Shown here piece after piece: positions 1 through 9,357 of a stretch of 24,897 nucleotides of DNA. Under the pieces are notes generated by a model. It saw only the letters and a list, made by a program, of their open reading frames with translations. It ran no database searches and was not told the origin of the DNA. The stretch is from a virus: UHGV virus genome UHGV-0147584, one strand, 5' to 3'. Numbering within the stretch: position 1 is the stretch's first letter; the number at the start of each line of letters is the position of its first letter. Position numbers and translations under genes: made by a program.

Positions 1-16
1 ATGGCAGAATTATTTA

Positions 17-60
17 GATAAAAATAATCCCGCCTAATTACAAAGTATTAAGCCGGATTT
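17..60 (-). terminator. possible weak intrinsic terminator downstream of the J-like fibre gene
   Basis: Imperfect hairpin (aatcc/ggatt arms, 26-59) followed on the minus strand by AUUUUUAUC; lies just 3-prime of the J-like stop at 78-80. Confidence 0.3.
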
Positions 61-77
61 ATTATTAAAATTAAATT

Positions 78-3000
78 TTAAGAAACAGGAATACCAGTAG
101 TGGCTTTTTTAGTTACCATTACCGTTAAATCACTGATCCATGTGCTAGGCGTCCAGTTATTGATTGCGCTTGATTGCACTTCAAAGGTCAAGGTCACAGC
201 ACCCTTACCCGCTGGCATATCAATAACACCTGAGTAAAGACCAGTATTACCGCCATACGCCCTATTATACAACTCTGACCCATTCTTACGAACAATAAGG
301 CGACAGGTGTCGTAAAACGTATTATTGTTCGACCCTTCACGCGCTCGCAATCCACCAAAACTAACAGCCGGAATAACGATTTGACGATCGAACTTGTGAT
401 CATCTTCAACGCGAACAGTGACCGTACCCTGTGGATAACCAGCATAACCATTATCAACGTTAACATCACGATGCGGGAACTTACGTCCAATCACCTTAAC
501 GAAATCACCCTTAACCTGAGTAGCTTCAAGCATACCCTTAATAACACAGCTAGAGTTAATCGTGACGTTGTTCAGAGTACCAGAATCGGCAGTGATATTA
601 CCTTTAACGGTTGCATTCATGAACGTAGCGGACCCGTTCTTGTTGATATGCCATCCGGTCGATCCGTTCCAGTTGGAAGACTGGATATAGTTACCGATTT
701 TAGCGTTATCAATTGCACCGTTTACGATCTTCGCGTTAGTGATTGCCCCGTCCTGAATCTTCGCGCTGTTAATTGCAGCATTGCCGATTTTAGCCGTGGT
801 AATCGCCGCATCATTAATCTGGGCTGTACCAATTGCAGCATTACGAATCATCGCATTATCGAGATAAACCTTGTTACCTTCGATACCAAACGGGCATACT
901 TCCGATCCGTTCTGTGGAGCTACCGCGATTTTATCAGCATTAAAGATGATTCTCGTCGGTTGCGCCGGATCGTTGGTTGCGCTCATGTGAATACCAGCCA
1001 CGCGACCATCTGCATTAACTGCCAGATTATATTTGCTGTTAATGGTTCCTTTCAAAGCATCGATTTTTACATCTGCTTCCTGATTCACGCCAGCAATCTT
1101 GCCATCCATTTCTACCCGAACTTGATCAATCTTGCTTGCGCTTGCTGCCTCACTGGTAGCAATTGCTTGTTTCAGGGTAGTAGCAGATGCGCTGACTTCG
1201 GATTTAATATCGCCTTTCAGTTCAGCTTTAACCTGATCAATCTTAGTGGAGCTAGCTTGCTCGCTGGTAGCAATCAGACTCTTTAAGGTATTGGCTGAGG
1301 CTTGGACCGTCTGCCCTGTTTCGGTAGTGATTTGCTTATGCATTGCATCAATTTTAGCATCGGCATTAGCGCCAGCTTGAGCAATAGCATCCGCGATAGT
1401 TTCATCTAAGCGGTCTTGTAAACCAATCAGGTCTTCCAGTGCTTCTTTGTCCTGATCGTCCCAGCTAATGGTAGATTTCATTTGCATGAAATACGGTTCA
1501 GACCAAACAGCATCATCCATACCGAAAATATCGTAGTGAGCACCACGGATATAATAATCACCGTCTGCCAAATCAAAGGAAGTATGGCTAACACTATTCG
1601 TGCTTACCGCCCTTGCATCGGAGAAAGTGTTATCGGTTGCATACTGGATGATTGACCCTGCATAGTCATGTTCTACGTCATCCGCCCAGCTAACAAACGC
1701 AGTATTAAAGCCACCACGCGCACTAAAACCTTTCATTGGCTTATGTTGTGGGTTGATAGCCACTAAACGCGCTGGGGCGCTCTCTGAGTTGTTATAGCCC
1801 TTAGCCGATACTTCTACCGTCAGTTGACGCGAAAGGCCGTTAAACTGGTTCATGTCAAGCGTATAAGTCCATGATTCAGGATCGCGGGTACGGTACTGAA
1901 TAGACTTACCAGCCTTGTTAGTCACCTTGATAATGTATGCTTCAAACAGGTCACTAAACTTGTTAGTTTCACCGTTGATCTCAACATCTAATTGTTGCTG
2001 GTTTTCCCATTCGATAATCAGATCATTACCTTCGAAAGTTCCTGGCGTGCTACCCTGATTTTTGATTCGAATAACCGGAGTCGGCAATTCATAGGTAACG
2101 GTAGGATTCTGGTTAACCAGTTCTACCCAATCGGATCGCGCGATGATACCGAAAGCACAAACTCGGTAATCGTAGGAACGATCTTTTGCCAGTGCATTGA
2201 CACTGAAAATTTGCTGTGAAGTCTGTCCCAGCTTAATCCAGTTAGGCGATCCGCTTACACGGTAATCAATCTGGAAACCATAACGGTTAAAATCTTCCGG
2301 TGCATCCCATGTCAAAGTAACGTTTTTACCGTAAATCGTCTCACCAGTTGCCTTAATCCTGAAATTAGTAGGCTTCTGTACTGTCATTGAATCCGGTAAA
2401 CCACTTGGTCGGTTATCTGGGTTAGCCGCATAGTTCAGGTCAGTATAAACCTGAGAATTATATTCTGTGGCGGTGATAGTCATCATCCCAGCAATACCAG
2501 AATCAATCGAGCGATCAATTGCAGTAATACGCCATAAGGAATTATTCAGCTTCAATTCATCATAGGTTACGCTGATAACGTCCCAAACTTCGGCAGTGAA
2601 TGCGTCAGTAGTCATAAAGCTGATAACCTGAGTGATACGAGATTTATTTCGCTCAATGCTCGCGAGTTTATCAATCTGATCTTTAGACTTAACAAAACGA
2701 TATTCTACATCCTTAGCAATAATTCGACCATCTGCGCGAACAGTAGCATCGTTTTCAGCATCAGCCGGATAACGTAGCATTTGCTCTGAATAGTCAATTG
2801 ATGGTTCTTGATACATCGCGTTAATGGTATTGAAATAACCGTTAGTGCCACCTGTTTTCAGTGATACTTTCCCCATCATAATATTGTCTTCATTGAATGT
2901 ATGCTTAACAATATCAGGAGCATCCAGTTTCAGCGTAATACGTCCAAAGGATTCGAACATCACCCCGCCGAAAGTCTGCATAAGATTAGTCAAGTTCTCT

Positions 3001-3854
3001 TTAAAGCTGGCGTTCGGATCACATGCACCGTTTGAATGTAGATCCATCTGGCGTACTTGTTTACGTACTTTCAGGAATGAATCAACGTTGATGTTTTCAA
3101 TTGGTACGGATAAGCCATATTTTTCATTTGTTAGGTAGTGGAAAATCTGATCCACGCCGTTAGTGCTAGCCTCAATAGCATTGGTTTCAAGGTTACGAAT
3201 CTTTAACCCGCAAACGTCTACTGCTACCTGGCTATTTGGCTGGAGAATATCAACCCCAGCAGCAAGAGATTTGTCATCACGACGTAACACAATACACATG
3301 GTCGCAATGCCGTTACCCTTGAAAGCGTCGGTCCAGTCTGAGCCTAAATGACGTTTTGCCAGCGACAAAGCGGTGTTAGGATTCTTGCCCGTGCGGAACT
3401 CGACTTCTAATACTTTACGATATTCTTCTTTAATGTTGCCCTTATCGAGAATACCATCACGGATCGTCATGTTCTTACCAACAAGAACATTTTTGTTATC
3501 GATAAACAGTGCTTTGTAATGGTCGATTTCACCCTCGGCTACAGAGAAGATTTGCACTAGCTTATTGTTTTCTTGCTTAGAAACTGCTTTGTAAACACAG
3601 TTTGTGCCAGTGCGGGTAGTACCGAAAACGACTGGTATCACCGCTTTCGGATCGTTTGATGTTCCTAGTGTCACCGCATTATCTGGGCTTTGTACTTTAG
3701 GTGTTTTTGGTGCGCCTACAGTGGAAGCGATCAAGGTCATTGCACCAGCAGCCATACCGATAGCGACTGCGGTCATAACAGAAAATGTTGCAGCAGCAGC
3801 CATCCCAGCAGACGCACCAGCAATAACCGCGCCTACTAATATTTCAAATCCCAT
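78..3854 (-). CDS. central tail fibre / host specificity protein (lambda gpJ-like)
   Basis: 1258-aa ORF. The C-terminal ~150 aa carry motifs I recognise from the lambda gpJ receptor-binding end (DDHxFDRQIV, VDMPAG.G.V.LTF, VMV.KK). Start ATG overlaps the upstream stop (TAATG). Stop TAA. Confidence 0.85.
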   Translation of the reverse strand: MGFEILVGAVIAGASAGMAAAATFSVMTAVAIGMAAGAMTLIASTVGAPKTPKVQSPDNAVTLGTSNDPKAVIPVVFGTTRTGTNCVYKAVSKQENNKLVQIFSVAEGEIDHYKALFIDNKNVLVGKNMTIRDGILDKGNIKEEYRKVLEVEFRTGKNPNTALSLAKRHLGSDWTDAFKGNGIATMCIVLRRDDKSLAAGVDILQPNSQVAVDVCGLKIRNLETNAIEASTNGVDQIFHYLTNEKYGLSVPIENINVDSFLKVRKQVRQMDLHSNGACDPNASFKENLTNLMQTFGGVMFESFGRITLKLDAPDIVKHTFNEDNIMMGKVSLKTGGTNGYFNTINAMYQEPSIDYSEQMLRYPADAENDATVRADGRIIAKDVEYRFVKSKDQIDKLASIERNKSRITQVISFMTTDAFTAEVWDVISVTYDELKLNNSLWRITAIDRSIDSGIAGMMTITATEYNSQVYTDLNYAANPDNRPSGLPDSMTVQKPTNFRIKATGETIYGKNVTLTWDAPEDFNRYGFQIDYRVSGSPNWIKLGQTSQQIFSVNALAKDRSYDYRVCAFGIIARSDWVELVNQNPTVTYELPTPVIRIKNQGSTPGTFEGNDLIIEWENQQQLDVEINGETNKFSDLFEAYIIKVTNKAGKSIQYRTRDPESWTYTLDMNQFNGLSRQLTVEVSAKGYNNSESAPARLVAINPQHKPMKGFSARGGFNTAFVSWADDVEHDYAGSIIQYATDNTFSDARAVSTNSVSHTSFDLADGDYYIRGAHYDIFGMDDAVWSEPYFMQMKSTISWDDQDKEALEDLIGLQDRLDETIADAIAQAGANADAKIDAMHKQITTETGQTVQASANTLKSLIATSEQASSTKIDQVKAELKGDIKSEVSASATTLKQAIATSEAASASKIDQVRVEMDGKIAGVNQEADVKIDALKGTINSKYNLAVNADGRVAGIHMSATNDPAQPTRIIFNADKIAVAPQNGSEVCPFGIEGNKVYLDNAMIRNAAIGTAQINDAAITTAKIGNAAINSAKIQDGAITNAKIVNGAIDNAKIGNYIQSSNWNGSTGWHINKNGSATFMNATVKGNITADSGTLNNVTINSSCVIKGMLEATQVKGDFVKVIGRKFPHRDVNVDNGYAGYPQGTVTVRVEDDHKFDRQIVIPAVSFGGLRAREGSNNNTFYDTCRLIVRKNGSELYNRAYGGNTGLYSGVIDMPAGKGAVTLTFEVQSSAINNWTPSTWISDLTVMVTKKATTGIPVS
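690..865 (-). repeat. about six tandem 30-bp coding repeats inside the J-like gene
   Basis: Visible 30-nt periodicity (e.g. gtcctgaatcttcgcgctgttaattgcagc / atcattaatctgggctgtaccaattgcagc) encoding a 10-aa repeat NAAINSAKIQ / DGAITNAKIV / NGAIDNAKIG. Confidence 0.7.
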
Positions 3855-4273
3855 TATTCACCCCCGAATCTATAAACTTGTTCATAGTCAATGTCTGAAA
3901 CAGGAATGGTCATCCAGATACCATCTTCTTCAACGAGGCCATAACCGGAATAATGAGGAACTACGGAATAATAATTACGGTTTCCTAATTTGTGGGCTGT
4001 GACCAGTAAGTCGCCGTCCTGTAAATCATCAGTGACTAATTTGAAATGTTTCTTAATTGGTTGAAGGATATTTGAATACCCGCTTAATTCTTTGCAGATT
4101 TTCAAACCTTCTTCTTTAGTTGAATATTTTTTATAAAGAGAATTATATAGGTCAGTACCAGCGAGAATATCGATGATCTTACATGCAATGAGATTGCAAT
4201 CATTCTCGCCTTGAACGAACTCCTGACCTATTAAAGAATTGATGTAATCGGTGATAAGCCTAGTTTTTAGCAT
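3854..4273 (-). CDS. tail-tip protein, NlpC/P60-like (lambda gpK position)
   Basis: ORF-track frame 3854..4429, but its 5-prime part overlaps the upstream gene. An internal ATG at 4271-4273 is preceded by GGAGGT at good spacing. A Cys-containing motif ENDCNLIACKII resembles the NlpC/P60 catalytic region. Stop TAA. Confidence 0.55.
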   Translation of the reverse strand: MLKTRLITDYINSLIGQEFVQGENDCNLIACKIIDILAGTDLYNSLYKKYSTKEEGLKICKELSGYSNILQPIKKHFKLVTDDLQDGDLLVTAHKLGNRNYYSVVPHYSGYGLVEEDGIWMTIPVSDIDYEQVYRFGGE

Positions 4274-4319
4274 GTTGAATACCTCCATGCTGTTATTTAC
4301 TAGGCTTAGGGAGAAGGGA

Positions 4320-4973
4320 TTATTTCTTCGATGAATGCCACTTGCTTTCGCTATTCCACTTCCCGGCACGGGAGAAGAATAGATCGTTCTCGTTTCCAAC
4401 ATAGGATCGGTGGATACCATCGGAGGCATGACTACGGGCGTTTTTATCTAGAACTTCCCAGATACTATTAAGCTGAAATTCTGATTCGTTTTTACACTCA
4501 TCATCTTCATGTTCGATGTTAATCCCGATGGAATCGACTACCCCACGGAAAACAGGGTAAGTGGTTTCAACCTTGCCCGTGTTGGGATTCAGGAAAACCA
4601 TCTCGATTTTCACATCAGATTTATCGAATTGCTTGTTACGAATGAGAGTAATGTATTCTTCGCGAACGTTAGAAACAGTTACGTTGATCCCGTTGTTGTT
4701 GATCTCCTTCTCTTCGGTATTCGATGAGATTTGAAGAAAGTCACCCGTTGCGAGATATGTAAAACCGTTATAGTCCAAATCGAAATACCCATCTGTAAGC
4801 CGTAGAACGTCCCCTGACGCGGTAATCACTTCGATAATGTGAAACATCGATCCAGTGGAAAAAAGTTGCGGTAGAGTCAATCTAGACACATTCTGACCTG
4901 TCTGGTCGTTGTATACCTCGATGAAGTCCAGATTAGTGCATAGTTTGCTGAATGATTCCTGAATAGTTGCCAT
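4320..4973 (-). CDS. minor tail protein (lambda gpL position)
   Basis: 217-aa ORF between the M-like and K-like genes; start ATG overlaps the upstream stop (TAATG). Assignment is by position and size only. Confidence 0.5.
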   Translation of the reverse strand: MATIQESFSKLCTNLDFIEVYNDQTGQNVSRLTLPQLFSTGSMFHIIEVITASGDVLRLTDGYFDLDYNGFTYLATGDFLQISSNTEEKEINNNGINVTVSNVREEYITLIRNKQFDKSDVKIEMVFLNPNTGKVETTYPVFRGVVDSIGINIEHEDDECKNESEFQLNSIWEVLDKNARSHASDGIHRSYVGNENDLFFSRAGKWNSESKWHSSKK

Positions 4974-5533
4974 TATACATTCTCCACTAATTCAAATTTC
5001 ATCTTGCCAATCTGGGCGATCTTCCAATCGATATTTTCAGTTTTGAGAACAAATTCACCTTCTACGTTTTGATACTTGATCACCTCACCCGCCAGGACGT
5101 TCTGACGCAAGTTAGGGAAGAGTTTCATTTCACCACCTGATTTCACGTCTTCGGTGATCGTGTAGATTTTCTTGTGGTTCTCAAACTGGATGATAGTTCC
5201 CGCTTTCAGTGTTCCGGTGAAGTTGGAGAGTCTTACCTTACGCCCACCGCGAGCAGTACCAGCAGCAGCCGTAACCATCTGGCGTACATCACCTGTATAT
5301 TTTGAAAAGTAAGACAGTGGCACACTAAAAGGACGACCAAAAAGGTGACGTGCTACAAATTCTTTTACTTCGTTAATATCCTGAGCCATGAAATTAGCTG
5401 TAAATTCTGCTTCATAAAAATGAATGCCAGTAAAGCGACGCTGGAACTTACCAGAAATAGATTGCGCCTTAAAGAAAGGCTGTTTTGATTTAAGAGTAAA
5501 ATCTGTGATTTTAATATTCTTGGATTTGAACAT
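4973..5533 (-). CDS. minor tail / distal tail protein (gpM position)
   Basis: ORF frame is open to 5569 (GTG). The ATG at 5531-5533 is the only candidate with an SD-like GGGGG 8 nt upstream; alternative starts are ATG 5546-5548 or GTG 5567-5569. Stop TAA. Confidence 0.5.
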   Translation of the reverse strand: MFKSKNIKITDFTLKSKQPFFKAQSISGKFQRRFTGIHFYEAEFTANFMAQDINEVKEFVARHLFGRPFSVPLSYFSKYTGDVRQMVTAAAGTARGGRKVRLSNFTGTLKAGTIIQFENHKKIYTITEDVKSGGEMKLFPNLRQNVLAGEVIKYQNVEGEFVLKTENIDWKIAQIGKMKFELVENV

Positions 5534-5536
5534 AGA

Positions 5537-5582
5537 AAAAGCCCCCATAGTTTTATGATTATTTATCACTATGAGGGCTTTT
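5537..5582 (-). promoter_or_regulatory. long intercistronic hairpin between tape measure and the next gene
   Basis: Arms aaaagcccccatag (5537-5550) and ctatgagggctttt (5569-5582), 13 of 14 bp paired, 18-nt loop. Begins 3 nt after the TMP stop; one arm contains the GGGGG SD candidate of the downstream gene. Confidence 0.55.
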
Positions 5583-5584
5583 AA

Positions 5585-7939
5585 TTACATCTTACGGCGC
5601 TGTGCGTCTTCTACCGCCTGAGCAACTAACTTAGCATGACGTTTGATAGCATCCATAACCATCTTGTCTGAGCTATTAACGTTGCCGTTAATGTTCAAAG
5701 GCGCATTAACTTCAATCGGCTGAGAGTTACCACCGCCTGATTTTTGAGCAGATAAGAAGTCTTTCAAATCACCGTTAGTACGCTGATCAACTACTCGTTC
5801 ACCCTTATCAAGCAACCATGTACCCTCACGAGGGATATTATCGATACCATCATGAGCCATACCGCTAACGTTAGTCGATTTGATGTTTGCGATGTTCCCC
5901 ATGTTCTGAGAAACAGCCAATGCAGCAGCCGCGATTTTTTGACCTGTGGTTACGTTGGTCGGATCGTTCCATGCATCGGTAGCAGCCGTCCACATGTTCA
6001 CCGTCGCTTGTCCAATGGAGAATGCCTTATGAGCATTGAAAGCCATCTGCATAGCCTTTGTGTTTTCCTGCCCGAAGAGAGTCATTGCAGCAGCAAAACC
6101 GCCGTACATATCATCGGCTATTGACTGACGAGCATCAGCGTATTTCTTCTCAATTGCAGCCATCCGTTTTTGATGGTTTTCATTGAGTTTTTCTAATGCT
6201 TCCATCCGTTTAGCCGGAACGGTGATCCCATCAATCTTGAGTTTATCGGTTTTATAATCTTGTTCGGCTTCCGATTTCTCTTTATCGATTGCATTAAATT
6301 TAGCAAACGGATTATTTGAGTCTTGATAATCAAATCCACTGGTTAATTGATTGGATTTAAAACCATCCATTCCCTGTAAATGACTATCAATCTGAGAATA
6401 GTTTTGCTCGGTATCATTCACACGACGCATATATTCTTCGTAGGAGATAGCTTTACCATCAAGTAACCGTTTATGGCTTTCTAGCTCGTTGTCCCTGATT
6501 TGTTGCAAAACTGTTAAGGCATTCAGAGCATCAATCGGATCAGCACCCAACATCATTTTATAGATGTTTTCTGCGTTCTGATCTAACAGTTGCTGACGTT
6601 TAGCGGCTGCGTCTTGCTGAGAGATTAAGCCCATATCTAAAGCAGTGTCTAAATCTTTCAAGCTGGCTTCTAACTGCTTGTTTTGAGAAGCAATAGACGC
6701 GGCTGTCTGTCCTTGCAATTTAACATCAAGAGCATTCAGTCGCTTGATTGCATCCTCGCGTGCTTTCTGTGCTTTTTCTGCGGCTTCCTTAGCCTTTTTA
6801 GCTGCCTCTTCCGCTTTCTTCTTGGCTTCTTCTTGTTCTTTTTTCGATGGTCCGGTGACGCCTCCACCTTGACCCGTTGGGGTAAATCCGGTATCCGATT
6901 TATTTCCAGTGATAGTAATTACCGGATCACCGTTTTTATCACGGGTAACGCCTTCACTATCCACCCAACGATCAGGATAATTTGGTTTATTGTTGAAGCT
7001 GGCTTGTCCACCCGCTAGACCAGTAGAACTATAACCATGCTTGTTAATAAAACCACCGTTAGCCATAGCCATATTCTGGCGAGCTTTTTCAAACCTTTCA
7101 TTAAAAGTCTTTAATGCGTTGAATAAAGCGGTCTTTTCCCAATCTTTATCAAACCAGTTGTAAAGATTATTCATCCCTTCAACAACTGGATTTAGTGCAT
7201 TTGCAGCCATACCCTTTAAGTTATCGGTAAGGGTATCCATATTTTTAGAGAATTTATTATATTCTTCGGCTGTGTCATTGGTGATTTTAACAGTTTGCTG
7301 ATTAATGGCGTTTACAGCTTCCTGATAAGATCCGTATTTCTGCAATTCATCAGCCATATGACTTGAATCACTGGCTAACGATTCCATCATAAACTTAACA
7401 TCAGCGATAGACGCACCAGCCTTGCGCATATCATAGAAGACCTTGATCGCCGCTTTCATCCCGCCTTGTGGATCGTTCATAAACTCGGCATAATCTTTAA
7501 TCTTCAAACCTACACTTTCTAGGTCGTCTTCAATACCGCCACCGTTACGCCATGCATCAGCCAGCTTATCTAAGGTGTCTTTGTTAATATCACCAAATTT
7601 CTCAACGGTTAAGCCAGTACCGGAGAATTGCTTCTCTAATTTCTGGAGTGTTTCGACGGTTAAACCAGTTGCTTTTGAAACTTCGCTGTATTCCTTTACA
7701 TAATCACCGATGGCATTTGCAGCAGAAATAGCGCCAGCAGCCAAACCAACAAAACCACCAGCAGCCAAAGCAAGCGATCCACCAGTTCCGCGAAGGGTTC
7801 CACTTAAACTAGATAAACCACCAGACAAATCAAGATTCATTGCCCTTTCTGAAAGGTTATCAAGCATCTCTATCGCCTGATTGGTACTTCTCCTTAGACC
7901 GTCATTATCTCCTTCTATTGTTACTATATGTCTTGTCAT
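5585..7939 (-). CDS. tail tape measure protein
   Basis: 784-aa ORF directly downstream of the G/GT chaperone pair. Coiled-coil-like Ala/Lys/Glu-rich stretches (KKEQEEAKKKAEEAAKKAKEAAEKAQKARE) and Gly-rich N-terminal hydrophobic segments. Stop TAA. Confidence 0.8.
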   Translation of the reverse strand: MTRHIVTIEGDNDGLRRSTNQAIEMLDNLSERAMNLDLSGGLSSLSGTLRGTGGSLALAAGGFVGLAAGAISAANAIGDYVKEYSEVSKATGLTVETLQKLEKQFSGTGLTVEKFGDINKDTLDKLADAWRNGGGIEDDLESVGLKIKDYAEFMNDPQGGMKAAIKVFYDMRKAGASIADVKFMMESLASDSSHMADELQKYGSYQEAVNAINQQTVKITNDTAEEYNKFSKNMDTLTDNLKGMAANALNPVVEGMNNLYNWFDKDWEKTALFNALKTFNERFEKARQNMAMANGGFINKHGYSSTGLAGGQASFNNKPNYPDRWVDSEGVTRDKNGDPVITITGNKSDTGFTPTGQGGGVTGPSKKEQEEAKKKAEEAAKKAKEAAEKAQKAREDAIKRLNALDVKLQGQTAASIASQNKQLEASLKDLDTALDMGLISQQDAAAKRQQLLDQNAENIYKMMLGADPIDALNALTVLQQIRDNELESHKRLLDGKAISYEEYMRRVNDTEQNYSQIDSHLQGMDGFKSNQLTSGFDYQDSNNPFAKFNAIDKEKSEAEQDYKTDKLKIDGITVPAKRMEALEKLNENHQKRMAAIEKKYADARQSIADDMYGGFAAAMTLFGQENTKAMQMAFNAHKAFSIGQATVNMWTAATDAWNDPTNVTTGQKIAAAALAVSQNMGNIANIKSTNVSGMAHDGIDNIPREGTWLLDKGERVVDQRTNGDLKDFLSAQKSGGGNSQPIEVNAPLNINGNVNSSDKMVMDAIKRHAKLVAQAVEDAQRRKM

Positions 7940-7942
7940 AAA

Positions 7943-8317
7943 TTACCCCAATTGTCCGCTCTTGAGCTTTTGTAATAATGAAGCGTCGAAAAAACTATCA
8001 ACCAAAGCAGCGTTACGTTCTTCCTCTTTCTTACGAGCAATTTCTTTTATTTCTTCTTGCGTTTTAAATTGCTTGTCGTCCTTAATCATTCGGAATTGGT
8101 TAACATTGATTTTATTCAACCATTCACGAGTCATGTTAGGAGATGTAACGTGCATGTAATACATCGACTGTGCATGTCGCGCATCTTGAAACAGGGGGCT
8201 TTGTGGTTCAAGATATGTATCGAATATATGCAACGCCCAAAATAGCGTAATTGGCATATTATCCATCTCATCTTTACTCAAGCCCCGACGCATCATTTGC
8301 CGAAAATAAAAATTCAA
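7943..8317 (-). CDS. T-like portion of the tail assembly chaperone GT fusion (reached by -1 frameshift from G)
   Basis: This frame has no ATG start (ORF track begins at TTG) and is open upstream to 8341, overlapping the 3-prime end of the G-like ORF in the -1 frame; immediately precedes the tape measure gene. Confidence 0.6.
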   Translation of the reverse strand: MNFYFRQMMRRGLSKDEMDNMPITLFWALHIFDTYLEPQSPLFQDARHAQSMYYMHVTSPNMTREWLNKINVNQFRMIKDDKQFKTQEEIKEIARKKEEERNAALVDSFFDASLLQKLKSGQLG

Positions 8318-8325
8318 GAGCGGGT

Positions 8326-8634
8326 TTACTTTACCTCGTTTTCAATTACCGCCGCATCTTTCATCAATGATGCTTGAGCAACTAAGCCGATTAATTCGCT
8401 GCGGACGCTAGTATACAATGCCTTAACTTGTTCAATAGATTCAAATACTGGCTTACCGTCTTCATCTTCAATACAACGAAGAATAGAGCGTTCATCACGG
8501 TCTTTTTTATCGGTATTGAAAACATGTTCATTAAATTCTTGTACCGACATAGGGCGAGCATAGAACGTAAATCCGCCGAGGGTTAAAGATTCACGTTTCG
8601 GAGAAAGAGCTTTTAACATTTCATTCAGATTCAT
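8326..8634 (-). CDS. tail assembly chaperone (lambda gpG-like)
   Basis: 102-aa acidic protein directly upstream of the T-like frame and tape measure; classic G-T-TMP arrangement. Stop TAA. Confidence 0.65.
   Translation of the reverse strand: MNLNEMLKALSPKRESLTLGGFTFYARPMSVQEFNEHVFNTDKKDRDERSILRCIEDEDGKPVFESIEQVKALYTSVRSELIGLVAQASLMKDAAVIENEVK
8329..8335 (-). other. candidate -1 slippery heptamer GGUAAAG for G to GT frameshifting
   Basis: mRNA reads G GUA AAG UAA at the last two codons of G. The -1 frame (GGU AAA GUA...) is the open T frame. Lambda uses G GGA AAG at the equivalent place (recalled). Confidence 0.45.
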
Positions 8635-8676
8635 TCTTGTTTCCTCTTAAGTTAATTAGATATGTTTATTTAGAAT

Positions 8677-9183
8677 TTAAGAGATTTTCAAAGTCTGCTT
8701 AGTGCCAGTCTTCTTAATGTTATTGAGGAAAGCTGCCGGAGGATTGCTTAACCAATAGTAATGAAAACCACTTTGCATACTGTTATAAGGAACAGTGACA
8801 GCAGCACCACCCAAATTAACGGTTATATTCCCCGCTCTACCGTTCTGGAGATATACAGCCATAGTAGGAGTACCACCATTGAATTGACCAACGATAACGC
8901 CAATCAGACGGCCTACGCCCACGTTTTCGGGGTTCTCCATAGTTCCTTTACTGCGCATATCAGTTACAGGATAGTTTGAAGCAGTTACACCCCAATTATT
9001 ACCCAATGACGTAGACCACGCAGCAGTAGCTACAACCGTATCCATACCACGACCAGCCATTGCCGACATATTACGCGGAGCCGGAACTTTTAAAGCTGTT
9101 AATGCTTCTTTCATCCATCGCTTACCCGTCACTGATACAGCCGATGACCCGATCCAGCCGGGAACTTTAACGACATTTGCCAT
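8677..9183 (-). CDS. hypothetical virion-associated protein (Gly/Ala/Thr-rich)
   Basis: 168-aa ORF, ATG 9181-9183 preceded by GGAG; sits between a terminator and the G chaperone gene. No family recognised. Confidence 0.45.
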   Translation of the reverse strand: MANVVKVPGWIGSSAVSVTGKRWMKEALTALKVPAPRNMSAMAGRGMDTVVATAAWSTSLGNNWGVTASNYPVTDMRSKGTMENPENVGVGRLIGVIVGQFNGGTPTMAVYLQNGRAGNITVNLGGAAVTVPYNSMQSGFHYYWLSNPPAAFLNNIKKTGTKQTLKIS

Positions 9184-9198
9184 TTTGATTACTCCAAT

Positions 9199-9226
9199 AA
9201 AAAAGCCCCACCATTAAGGCAGGGCT
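9199..9226 (-). terminator. intrinsic terminator after the 158-aa gene and its extension
   Basis: Minus-strand RNA: GC-rich hairpin GCCCUGCC..GGUGGGGC followed by UUUUUU. Nearly identical to the terminator at 15123-15150. Confidence 0.7.
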
Positions 9227-9231
9227 TATAA

Positions 9232-9357
9232 TTAATCTTTAGCCTTGCGGCTTCGTTTAGCTGTGGCTTTCGCCGTAACTTCTTCTACTTCTGGAATCAC
9301 TACCGCTTCATGTTCCGGCTGTGGTTCAGGTTCCGGTAAAGGAAGTTCTTCGTTAGT
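9232..9357 (-). other. in-frame 41-codon extension behind the UGA stop of the 158-aa gene (candidate readthrough segment)
   Basis: Hand translation from 9357 down, in frame with the upstream ORF: TNEELPLPEPEPQPEHEAVVIPEVEEVTAKATAKRSRKAKD, then TAA at 9232-9234. Confidence 0.5.

Noticed and set aside
381-1286. 301-aa plus-strand ORF inside the J-like gene
   Set aside because: Antisense to a well-supported long gene, low-complexity translation, no RBS; shadow ORF.
4274-4429. Upstream part of the 191-aa ORF-track frame for the K-like gene
   Set aside because: Overlaps the upstream gene by more than 100 nt and lacks an RBS; the internal ATG at 4273 with GGAGGT is the plausible start.
6683-7018. 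111-aa plus-strand ORF inside tape measure
   Set aside because: Antisense to the coiled-coil coding region, no RBS; shadow ORF.
9232-9357. Extension segments as independent small genes
   Set aside because: Neither extension contains an ATG or an RBS-preceded start; both are exactly in frame with the upstream UGA-terminated gene.
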